In this document: one piece after another, positions 26,842-34,920 of the stretch
Layout of the letters: each line of letters opens with the position of its first letter
How positions within the stretch are numbered: position 1 is the stretch's first letter
NCBI GenBank assembly: GCA_964607285.1
Contig: CAZSJW010000001.1
Span: forward strand, 2,514-66,513
DNA length: 64,000 nucleotides
Direction of reading: 5' to 3'
Source of the DNA: an uncultured Pseudomonadales bacterium
Lineage (GTDB): Bacteria > Patescibacteriota > Microgenomatia > UBA1400 > PJMF01
Position numbers and translations under genes: made by a program
The notes under the pieces: generated by a model
Database searches by the model: none
Seen by the model: the letters and a program-made list of their open reading frames with translations, nothing else
Told to the model about the DNA's origin: nothing

Positions 26842-28986
26842 ATGCCCAAATCAGTTCCACAGTTGCTCAGGAAATCACTTAGTTCCCTATTGTTTCACTT
26901 GCCTGTGATTGTGTTGGGCATGTTTTTAGCAGCGTGGTTTACATTCCCTGCTATCACCCAACTGCGAACACACTTCATCGGTGATGGTGGAGATAACTAC
27001 CAGTACGCAGGTTTTCAGTACCTAGTAGCTACTAACATCGATTCTGGCAAGTGGCCGTATGCTGCTTTGCAGAGTTGGTACTATCCAAATGGTTTTGAGT
27101 TTGCTCGTGGGTATGACAGTGTTTTGTCTACACTGGGTGGTGGGTTGTTGGTTTTGTTGACTAGGGATTTAGCCTATAGCTATAACTTAAGCATCCTCTT
27201 CTCCTTCCTTTTCAATTTTTTAGCAGCATACGCGCTGTATTGGAATCTGAGCCGCTCTCGGATGTGGGCAAGTGTGGGTGCGGTGCTGTTTGGTTTCTCG
27301 TTTTATGCACTCGCACGGGCGGGGGGGCATGCGAACTTGTTGCTGATTGGTGGGTTTCCCTTATTCCTTTTGAGTCTGCTGCAGTTGCTACGTAAACAAG
27401 AGTGGCGAGCGGTGCTTCTGTTGGGTTTGGCTAGTATTTTGCTAGTGTTTAGTTCTTTACAGTACGCGCTAATGGCAGTGGCAAGTTTATTGATCGGTAT
27501 ACCACTGGTTGCATTAGTGTATCCAGAAGCAATGGGGGCAGTGCTGTTCAAAAAAATACCAGCTGCGTTTTTGCAGTTAGCGGTCGTAGGATTGTTTGTG
27601 TGTGTGGTGGCTGCACCATTTGTTTGGCCATTTATCCATGCATATCAGGCACAGGATTTTTATCAGCGAGGCGAGTTCGACTTTAGTCCTCGTATGGTGG
27701 ATTTATTGCTGCCAAACCCATATTTTCCTGTTCCCTTGAGTTCGCTATTACCAGTTGTTCCTGGTACGGTGGGGATTGAACAGACGATTGCGCTTGGACC
27801 TGTATTTTTTGTGTTGATTGTTTTTTTGCTGTGGAGGTTTCGCAGGCAGCATGTAGTGGGCTTAGCGGGTTTGGTGCTCACGGTATTTGGCATTTTGGCA
27901 CTAGGCACGCGTAACCCTGAGACAGGCATCATCTTGCCTTACCACTTGCTGAGTTCGGTCTTCCCATTTTCGGCAATTCCTGAGGCTGGTCGGTTTGTGG
28001 TGGTTATGAATGTTGTAGGTGGGGCATTGATTGCATCATATGGCAAGAAGATTTTTCGAGGGCGGGCAGCTCGTGTGTCACTTGGGATGTTTGTCTTAGT
28101 TTTGCTCATTCTTGAACGGTCAAGTTGGGGCAAGTTCTTTCAGCTGCCAGTACCGAGTTTGGGGTTAGCGCAAGCAGTGCAGGCACAACCAGGTGCTGCA
28201 GTCTTGGAGCTGCCACTGTTTGAGCAGCGACAAAGTGTCTCACCTGTGTACTTCCACAAAGCTACCCTCACTGGAGAACCGCACTGGCTGGCGCATACTC
28301 CCCAGGCTATGGCTTTTTTGCAGGGTAATCCTGCGCTGGCGGGGTTGACGTGTTTTGATCGCACGCATTTGACAGGGACGGTGCCAGGGCAAGGTTTGAG
28401 CATTAGCACAGAGGAGCGCGCAGCCTTTTTCAAGTACCTCAAAACTGCAGGTGTTCAAACTGTGGTGATCCGCAGGGATGGAACGCTGTACTGGGATATG
28501 TGTCGTGAAACACTTGCACGGATTGATCAACTTTTCCCACAGTATCTTACTGCTGAAATCACTGCGCAGGGAGCACAGTCAGAGACGCAGATGTTTTGGA
28601 GTGGAGAGGCGTTCACTGGTGGGCTGTACTTCCCAAGTAGTGGAGCTTTAACTATTCATGGCTTTTCCTATATGCCCTATGATGAGCAACCAGAATTGAG
28701 GATTGATGGTCAACAGGTGTCTGCTGAGCAGTGGAGCTATGAAGTTTCAACGCATGAGAGCGGGGAGCGAATGGTCTTTGTTCGTACAGGCGCAGCTGGT
28801 GAGCGACACCAGGTATCTGCTGGAGCTACGCTGGAAACGACTATTGCTAAAACGCCGCAACACCGGGGGGTGCTGACACTTTGGTACACGTATGAGCCAG
28901 TGGGTGCTGAAGAGCTACAGCTACAGGATGGAGTAGTTACAAAAGTGTATGAGGAGTCGGCTGTGGAGGTGTGGCGGATTGAGTGA
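26842..28986 (+). CDS. 714-aa polytopic membrane protein, GT-C/YfhO-like candidate
   Basis: ATG at 26842 preferred, because the tracked start 26704 overlaps the divergent gene. At least 12 hydrophobic segments followed by a ~230-aa soluble C-terminal region. Family not verified. Confidence 0.7.
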   Translation: MPKSVPQLLRKSLSSLLFHLPVIVLGMFLAAWFTFPAITQLRTHFIGDGGDNYQYAGFQYLVATNIDSGKWPYAALQSWYYPNGFEFARGYDSVLSTLGGGLLVLLTRDLAYSYNLSILFSFLFNFLAAYALYWNLSRSRMWASVGAVLFGFSFYALARAGGHANLLLIGGFPLFLLSLLQLLRKQEWRAVLLLGLASILLVFSSLQYALMAVASLLIGIPLVALVYPEAMGAVLFKKIPAAFLQLAVVGLFVCVVAAPFVWPFIHAYQAQDFYQRGEFDFSPRMVDLLLPNPYFPVPLSSLLPVVPGTVGIEQTIALGPVFFVLIVFLLWRFRRQHVVGLAGLVLTVFGILALGTRNPETGIILPYHLLSSVFPFSAIPEAGRFVVVMNVVGGALIASYGKKIFRGRAARVSLGMFVLVLLILERSSWGKFFQLPVPSLGLAQAVQAQPGAAVLELPLFEQRQSVSPVYFHKATLTGEPHWLAHTPQAMAFLQGNPALAGLTCFDRTHLTGTVPGQGLSISTEERAAFFKYLKTAGVQTVVIRRDGTLYWDMCRETLARIDQLFPQYLTAEITAQGAQSETQMFWSGEAFTGGLYFPSSGALTIHGFSYMPYDEQPELRIDGQQVSAEQWSYEVSTHESGERMVFVRTGAAGERHQVSAGATLETTIAKTPQHRGVLTLWYTYEPVGAEELQLQDGVVTKVYEESAVEVWRIE

Positions 28987-29033
28987 GTGTGGTAGTATGT
29001 GATGAGTATAGTGTTTTGTGTAAAGGAGCAGAT

Positions 29034-29261
29034 ATGAACCAGTATAAGGAAATGTATTCAGCAACAATGCAGCGGCATGCTAATATGGTACTCAATGACT
29101 GGCTGATGAACCCAGAAACTCCGTTGGAGAAAATTCAAGAAGAAGAAGGTCAAATTAAATTAGCAATAGCCCGTGTTGAAAGAGGGGAAGTGACTTCTGA
29201 GCACAAAGTTGAGGAGTTGAAGCAGCGGTATACTGCTGTTTTGGGGGTGAATTGGAGTTAG
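29034..29261 (+). CDS. Small hypothetical protein
   Basis: 75 aa from the ATG at 29034, with SD AAAGGAG. The tracked upstream GTG extension overlaps the previous gene. Confidence 0.5.
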   Translation: MNQYKEMYSATMQRHANMVLNDWLMNPETPLEKIQEEEGQIKLAIARVERGEVTSEHKVEELKQRYTAVLGVNWS

Positions 29262-29314
29262 CTTTATTGTGTAGACTTGTGTGGCTTTAGCACTCATAGA
29301 TCAGAAATCGTAAC

Positions 29315-29397
29315 AAAAAACCCCCTCATCATTGCTGATGAGGGGGGCTAAACTACGGCTTCTACTGGTGTAGCGAGTGAGCCAGAACTACGAACTT
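29315..29397 (-). ncRNA. Candidate ~83-nt small RNA with its own promoter and intrinsic terminator
   Basis: On the - strand: TTGTCA (29431..29426), 16-nt spacer, TATAAT (29409..29404). About 50 nt of unique sequence follows, then an 11-bp GC-rich hairpin (29347..29321) and U6 (29320..29315). No ORF. Family unknown. Confidence 0.45.
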
Positions 29398-29525
29398 CTT
29401 AAAATTATACTAAATTTCTATTGCCTGACAATTAGTGAATTCCAGGCTCTAGTCAGTTGTGGAGGCGACCCCGCCATGGCGGGGCAAGCCAGAGTTCGTA
29501 GTTCTGGCTCTACACCGGTAGCGCC
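29357..29525. repeat. Long imperfect inverted repeat (arms ~39 and ~32 nt, 98-nt spacer)
   Basis: Left arm 29357..29395 (GGCTTCTACTGGTGTAGCGAGTGAGCCAGAACTACGAAC) pairs with right arm 29494..29525 (GTTCGTAGTTCTGGCTCTACACCGGTAGCGCC). The core of 17 bp is perfect. Confidence 0.85.
29404..29431 (-). promoter_or_regulatory. Sigma70-type promoter TTGTCA-16-TATAAT inside the loop of the 29357..29525 inverted repeat
   Basis: Read directly from the reverse complement of 29404..29431. Confidence 0.5.
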
Positions 29526-29904
29526 CCCACAGCTGACAGGTGTAGTGTATTTTCTGATCTTTACGCAAACTGTAGCGTTCTTGTTGCAGCAAGTGCTTTT
29601 GTGGCATGCACTGGTGTTTGATCTGTTGCAAACTTTTGGGTTTTCAACTTGGTGGTGATGTTATTACGCGGTTGTAGCAGAGCAGTTTAGCTTACTGGAA
29701 ATTGAAGGGTTGGTTGATAAAACAGTTTAACTAGCGTATGAGCGTTGTAGTTCATTTCAGCTATGATGGACATTTTGTGGTGTGGTGAGAATGTTGAGGA
29801 TTGGGATAAGATTAATAGTGGGTGTATTGGCAAAAAGGGGATTGTGGTGGAGGAAGTAAAGAAAAAGTTGAGATTGTAGAGGTTTTTGAGCATGATGAGG
29901 CAAT

Positions 29905-29934
29905 AAAAAGCCCGTCTTGGGGACGGGCTTTTCA
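29905..29934 (-). terminator. Intrinsic terminator downstream of 29951..30604
   Basis: Stem AGCCCGTC/GACGGGCT with a U-run on the - strand. Near-identical in design and sequence to the terminator at 23509..23538. Confidence 0.7.
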
Positions 29935-29950
29935 GTGAGTGTTATGGGGG

Positions 29951-30604
29951 CTACGGTGAGGAAAACAAAGCAATCTTGGTCACGAATTCCTGAAACCAGG
30001 TAGCACAAAGTACATTTCGCGACAAAGCTTGTTCAGCGTATGTCACACAATAACTTGTGCGTTGCTCTGATGTCAGGAGTTGCTCGGCTCGCTGGAATGC
30101 CCATGCGAGGTGTTCTGGCGTGATATAGGACTGGTGCGGGTTCAATCCCGCAGTAGCCAATCCATTCACACTTTCACACTGCACAACGAGGGGGTGACCC
30201 AGGGCCACGTTCCCCTCGTCTAATTTCCAAACGCTTCCGTTGACCCATCCCGTTCGGTCGGCCATAGCATCAACTTCTGCGCGTCCGTTGGCTTGGCACG
30301 CGCTGTGTGCATTTGCTGGGTTGGTCGAGCCGCCCCAGGGGCCGATAACCAGGACAGTGGCGTTTTCCAGGCATTGCCAATTGTCCTTGGTAGATGTGGT
30401 TACACCCGCTCCAGACTCGTTTGTACCCTGGTAAACCAGGGCGTCTTGACCTGTACAAACGCGTTCGGTAAACACCCCAGGTGTTCCTGGGGCGGGGTCA
30501 GGAGACCCCGATTGCGCCTGTGCGGCTGGCGCGACCGGTCCAAGCAGGACAACGGCTAAAATGGCACCCAAAATGAGGCCAAGGACGATTTGATAGCGCT
30601 TCAT
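29951..30604 (-). CDS. Secreted Cys-containing protein (217 aa)
   Basis: ATG at 30604 is preceded by AAGGAG. Signal peptide MKRYQIVLGLILGAILAVVLLGPVAPAAQA. Multiple Cys. Looks GC-richer than neighbours. The tracked 270-aa ORF has an unlikely N-extension. Confidence 0.8.
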   Translation of the reverse strand: MKRYQIVLGLILGAILAVVLLGPVAPAAQAQSGSPDPAPGTPGVFTERVCTGQDALVYQGTNESGAGVTTSTKDNWQCLENATVLVIGPWGGSTNPANAHSACQANGRAEVDAMADRTGWVNGSVWKLDEGNVALGHPLVVQCESVNGLATAGLNPHQSYITPEHLAWAFQRAEQLLTSEQRTSYCVTYAEQALSRNVLCATWFQEFVTKIALFSSP

Positions 30605-31289
30605 CGTTTTAAACTCCTTACTAGCGCAAACGTTAAATGACCTTTTCGTAGTCATCACGCCTATGCCTCTTTGCCATTTCTGGCAAGTCTGACATAGGAC
30701 CCTGCGCCCAAAGCACCTCGCTCGCTGCAACAAACTTGCAGACGGAACAAAGCCTTTAGCCACACGATCCTATGCCAAACATAGAGACAGTACGCTTTGA
30801 GGAGCACTGTATTTGGTAGCCGATGTGGTTTCCCACATCTTATTCCCACTTTTTAAAGAACAATCACTGGGCAAGGGTTGATGGTAGTCGAACGGCACAC
30901 GAGGTGACGCTCGAGCAGCTATCTAGCTTGCTCTTATCAGCAGTTATGCGAACAATCATTTGGCAGCAATTGCCAATGGTTTTTCGCGGTGAACCACTGG
31001 TATCAAGAAGAAACTTCTTGACACGTGTTTCAGTCCAAACTGGGGGGAGAGAAAGAAAGGGTGGACGGAAACAACTGTCAATAAGTCTGAGAGTCATGTC
31101 GTGCGTGGCCGCAACGTAAGTGCCATCAGGGGTGAAATTGATTCGAGCGATGGCAGAGCTCGAAGCTACATAAGGCATACGTATTACTAGATAGTACTAT
31201 AGCACAATTGGGCAGTGGTGTCAATGTTATGGGACTTTATCTTGTAGAGAATTTTTGTTAGAAAGAGAGTACTTTCTTCGGACACATAC

Positions 31290-32951
31290 ATGCAGTATCA
31301 TAGCTTTATGACAAACTTTGAATGGGAACCTGAGTGGGAAGATGAGGTGGAGCCAACACCTCCTGTTGTAATGACAAAACGACAGTTTTTACTGGATGCA
31401 GTCAGAACTGCAGCAGCAGTGGGTCTAGGTGCTGCTTTTGGTTACCCACTTGGCAGGTATGGGACTACTTCTCAAACGGAGCATCCAGACGCATCGGTAC
31501 CCCCTGTGGCTCAGGTTGATGCTCGTTTACAATCCTCATATCCTGAAACATATAGTTCGTACAAAGAGTATAGCTTTACCCCTCCAGAGAATATGCGGGC
31601 AGTGGCTGGCAATGGCAATTACGCACAGGAGGTGCAGCGCCGAGATCAGACGAACACGAGTGACAAGGGTATGTTTGACTCTGAACTGTTGAATACCCCA
31701 GATGGAGTGCCACATCAGCGCATTTTTTGCGAAGCCAAAAATAGAAAGACGGGGGAAGTAGAACGAGTACTTGTGTTGGATACTGATTGGTTCAGGGGTT
31801 TTCCTATCAGCATACAAAGAGCAAAGGTCTCACCAGACGGACGACTCATGCTGTTTTGGGGGACGCGGACCCTTGCAAGTATTGGTGGTGTGGATACAGT
31901 ACTACCAATACTAGAACCTAGTTCAAGTGATGATACACAGACACAAATCTGTATTGCCATGAAAATTTCTGATGCCCCTGCGCATACTCCTAAATTTACA
32001 ATACTAGGCAGTGATGCTACATATGCGTTTGACTCTCAGGGAGTGATTCATTCGCTAGAGACGACTCAATCATACACCATTGGTTTCTTTGGTGTACCAG
32101 AGCATAGAAATGAAGTAATACCAGCATTTTGTAAGCGGACAGCGCGAGATACTGTTTCTGGGTATTACGATCTTCAGTCTGAAGCGGGGACTACTTTTAC
32201 ATCAAAAGTTCAATTTGCTGAATCATTACTGCAGTCTACTCTGGGAGTTAGCAGTGAGTACAAGTTTGTTGGAGTGAGTACCCAGGTACCCCCAAGGCGA
32301 TTTTATGATCAACGGTTTGCAGTTTCGCCTGATGGGCTCGTTCTTGCAGTGAACACGAGGTCAGTCTTTTTCTTCGACCAGCAAACAGCAAGTTCAAAGT
32401 CGTCAGTGTCTTGTATTAGAAATTTGGGGTCAACTGGGAGCAATTCTGACTTTACCGTTGTGACAGCTTTCGATTACCCTGAAATTTTTGATCTTCGGGG
32501 AGCTGTCCAAGCGCAGGATGTTGAGTTGGTTGGAGTCCTTCCTGATGGAAAGTTTGTAGTTGCGTATGCGGTACAGAGACCGCTAGATGCTATGTACATG
32601 GGCACTGAAGTTCGCGCTTTAGGTGTTGTTACGCCTGTCCCTGTATGGGAACATCCCAATGGGTATACATTATCCTTAATTGTAATAGAAGGTGAAGTAG
32701 ATGCTGTGGTGCAGAAGGCTGGACATTTTGCTTTGACGCTTCGCAGTGGTGAAGTGGCACAGTTTCCAGAGAGTGCACTACAATCAGCACTAAAACCTGG
32801 ATCAATGTATTCGTTACACCCAGAAAAGGGTCCTAGTGCTCTGAAAAAAATTGGATACTTAGGTCTGGTCTTGCCCAGTTCTCCCAGTGAGGAAATGGCT
32901 CCCCCTGTTCCTAGACCTGCACCCAGGCGTTACTGGGAATCAGTAACATAG
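31290..32951 (+). CDS. Exported protein with PD40/beta-propeller-like SPDG repeats
   Basis: MTKRQFLLDAVRTAAAVGLGAAFG (Tat-like KR variant; alternative start 31371). Repeats VSPDGRLMLF, VSPDGLVLAV, LPDGKFVVAY. Confidence 0.75.
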   Translation: MQYHSFMTNFEWEPEWEDEVEPTPPVVMTKRQFLLDAVRTAAAVGLGAAFGYPLGRYGTTSQTEHPDASVPPVAQVDARLQSSYPETYSSYKEYSFTPPENMRAVAGNGNYAQEVQRRDQTNTSDKGMFDSELLNTPDGVPHQRIFCEAKNRKTGEVERVLVLDTDWFRGFPISIQRAKVSPDGRLMLFWGTRTLASIGGVDTVLPILEPSSSDDTQTQICIAMKISDAPAHTPKFTILGSDATYAFDSQGVIHSLETTQSYTIGFFGVPEHRNEVIPAFCKRTARDTVSGYYDLQSEAGTTFTSKVQFAESLLQSTLGVSSEYKFVGVSTQVPPRRFYDQRFAVSPDGLVLAVNTRSVFFFDQQTASSKSSVSCIRNLGSTGSNSDFTVVTAFDYPEIFDLRGAVQAQDVELVGVLPDGKFVVAYAVQRPLDAMYMGTEVRALGVVTPVPVWEHPNGYTLSLIVIEGEVDAVVQKAGHFALTLRSGEVAQFPESALQSALKPGSMYSLHPEKGPSALKKIGYLGLVLPSSPSEEMAPPVPRPAPRRYWESVT

Positions 32952-32954
32952 CAG

Positions 32955-34391
32955 TTACTCTCTGGTTTCACTTGGTTTGATTAACACACTGCCACCAGCG
33001 GGCATGCCGCCTTGGGCGAGTCGGCAAAGTTTGAGAAACTCTTCTGGAGTTTTGGCATTTCGCAACTCAGATGTATGCTGTGATATGTAGGTAAGTTCTA
33101 GTGCTCGCTGATTTCGGTCAATGTTGTTGAGTGGATGAGAAGGAATTGTGAGCCCAAGTGCTTGCACGATTAATTTGAGTTCTTGAGGAGCGGTACGAAA
33201 ATCGTCCGAGAGTTCCTCATATTCTTGCCATCCAGCGTTCAGCTTGTTGGACAACAGTACTGTCTGCATAGCTTCATCTGCGGTCATGTAGAGTAATTTT
33301 CCTACAATTTTAGGATTATGAGAGTGTTCCACTATCTCTAGGCGAAGAAGTGTCCCATGCGGTTGCAGGGCGTTGTTGTCATGCAACAAGCTGACCGCAA
33401 ATGTGCACTGAGGTTGGGATACGTCATCGGCATCTACTTTGGGTAGTTGTACCACTAGTTCAAGATGGGGCGCATCCACAGGTGTAGCTAAGCTCTCATC
33501 CGCACTTTCTCGTACCAAAAGTTTTTGAGTGAGAAGTTCGCAAAAATGGGCAATAGCACTGAGTCGGTGATGTTCTGCCACCAGATCGTACCCCTTATGC
33601 CAAACTTCATAAATGTTTTGCTGCACTTGATCTAGATCTTTGAGCAGGTTGTGTTGCACGAGGTGGACATACAAGGCTAGAAAGTTTTGTAGAAGCTGGG
33701 GTTCGCCCAGTACAATATTGCTTAATCGGGCATTTGCCTCTTTGTTTGTAACCACAATACAGTCACTTTCCTCAATGCCTTCACCTACACGGATGGAGTA
33801 TCCATAGCCACCTGGTAATGGTTCAAGGTAGGGTTGCTGGAGTTTTGCGTGTTCTAGTTTGGTTGGATCAAGCAAGTACTCTGAGGGGTCCATAAACGGT
33901 GAGTTTCTGTCCCAATCTAACTGGGCAGCCTGCATGAGCTGTGTGTTGAATCGGCGGAGCAGCTTTGCGGGCGAGTACTCGCTAGGTACGTTGCCATATT
34001 GGTTGAGTGCGTGTTTTCTGATTTTTTGCTCATCGCTTTGTGTGAGCAAGTGCGCCAAGATTGTCTGCAACTGATCGGGTTTGCCAGTTCTATACAGATC
34101 AGTTGCTGTCACAAGGTCAACATACATCGTGTAGACCCAAGGGTTTTCTGGAACGGTGACTTCAGATACGAGAGCGATGAGTGCCTGAGGCATAATGGAA
34201 TCAGATAGTTGCAGCACCTCTGTGACCAAGGCTGTGTAGACCTCAGATAGTGGGTAGTTTCTCCAGCGAACGTTTGGGTACAAGATACGCAGTGGTACAG
34301 GTATGACTTGTCGTAGTTCAGTAATGAGTCTCTTGCTCTCTGCTTCGGCTATGCGGTGGAAGAGTCCTTCTGGATTGGTGGATGGGTGCAT
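32955..34391 (-). CDS. Hypothetical cytoplasmic protein (478 aa)
   Basis: Long uninterrupted ORF with ordinary composition and no recognised motif. Convergent with 31290..32951, with a 3-nt gap. Confidence 0.75.
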   Translation of the reverse strand: MHPSTNPEGLFHRIAEAESKRLITELRQVIPVPLRILYPNVRWRNYPLSEVYTALVTEVLQLSDSIMPQALIALVSEVTVPENPWVYTMYVDLVTATDLYRTGKPDQLQTILAHLLTQSDEQKIRKHALNQYGNVPSEYSPAKLLRRFNTQLMQAAQLDWDRNSPFMDPSEYLLDPTKLEHAKLQQPYLEPLPGGYGYSIRVGEGIEESDCIVVTNKEANARLSNIVLGEPQLLQNFLALYVHLVQHNLLKDLDQVQQNIYEVWHKGYDLVAEHHRLSAIAHFCELLTQKLLVRESADESLATPVDAPHLELVVQLPKVDADDVSQPQCTFAVSLLHDNNALQPHGTLLRLEIVEHSHNPKIVGKLLYMTADEAMQTVLLSNKLNAGWQEYEELSDDFRTAPQELKLIVQALGLTIPSHPLNNIDRNQRALELTYISQHTSELRNAKTPEEFLKLCRLAQGGMPAGGSVLIKPSETRE

Positions 34392-34411
34392 GTGTAAGAT
34401 TTGTTAAAACT

Positions 34412-34439
34412 AAACAACCTCCAAGAATGGAGGTTGTTT
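34412..34439 (-). terminator. Intrinsic terminator after 34460..34807
   Basis: Hairpin AAACAACCTCC/GGAGGTTGTTT with a 6-nt loop (AAGAAT), followed by a U-rich run on the - strand. Confidence 0.6.
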
Positions 34440-34459
34440 CATGTTCGTATCAGTAGTAC

Positions 34460-34807
34460 TTAACTCAGTGAGCGTTTTAGTAAAAACGCACCTGCACCAG
34501 AGCCGATGCTGAATACAGCAGCAGCTGAGGTTTGGAAATCGAGAGCTGTGTCCACAGGAGTGTGCTTTTTACCGAGGACTTGGCCTTGGCGGAAAGTAAC
34601 TTTCTGTTTCTGCTCTGCTGATTGCTCACCTTTTGCTTTACATTCGGTTGTCTGACCGTATGCGCCAACCTTACATTCGAGTTCGATAGTTTGGTTTAGC
34701 TTCTGCTCTTGCTCTACAGTGTTGTTTGTAGCCTGGGCTTGGGTGGCAAATCCAGACATCACTAGTGCAGCAGTTGCGATTGCAAATGAGAGTTTTAGTA
34801 TGTTCAT
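34460..34807 (-). CDS. Small secreted protein with C-terminal hydrophobic anchor-like tail
   Basis: ATG at 34807. Signal peptide MNILKLSFAIATAALVMSGFATQAQA. C-terminus AAAVFSIGSGAGAFLLKRSLS (hydrophobic segment plus basic residues). Confidence 0.7.
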   Translation of the reverse strand: MNILKLSFAIATAALVMSGFATQAQATNNTVEQEQKLNQTIELECKVGAYGQTTECKAKGEQSAEQKQKVTFRQGQVLGKKHTPVDTALDFQTSAAAVFSIGSGAGAFLLKRSLS

Positions 34808-34920
34808 AAACGATCCTTTTAGATCTACTTGTATCGAGTAGATGGGATTGTACCGCAAGAATGTCTTATTGTCAATAGTTATAGGGTGTTTTGTGCGGAA
34901 GCGTTACAGATGAGCGTTTA

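Noticed and set aside
29315-29525. Identity of the structured locus as tmRNA, RNase P RNA, SRP RNA or 6S RNA.
   Set aside because: I found no tRNA-like acceptor/T-arm or tag ORF ending in ..LAA, no GAGGAAAGUCC / ACAGAA RNase P blocks, and no SRP domain IV GGAA/AGCA motifs. It is left as an unknown family.
29377-29893. ORFs 29377..29658 (+), 29449..29631 (-), 29687..29893 (-) and 29757..30008 (-) in the non-coding block.
   Set aside because: They have GTG or SD-less starts, overlap hairpins, terminators or the strand-skewed tract, and have implausible composition. For example, the first 40 residues of the 68-aa ORF use almost no G-containing codons purely because of the skew.
32951-32955. Convergent genes 31290..32951 and 32955..34391, separated by only 3 nt with no room for terminators.
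   Set aside because: This is noted as a sign of genome compaction. No sequence feature beyond the tight spacing could be supported.
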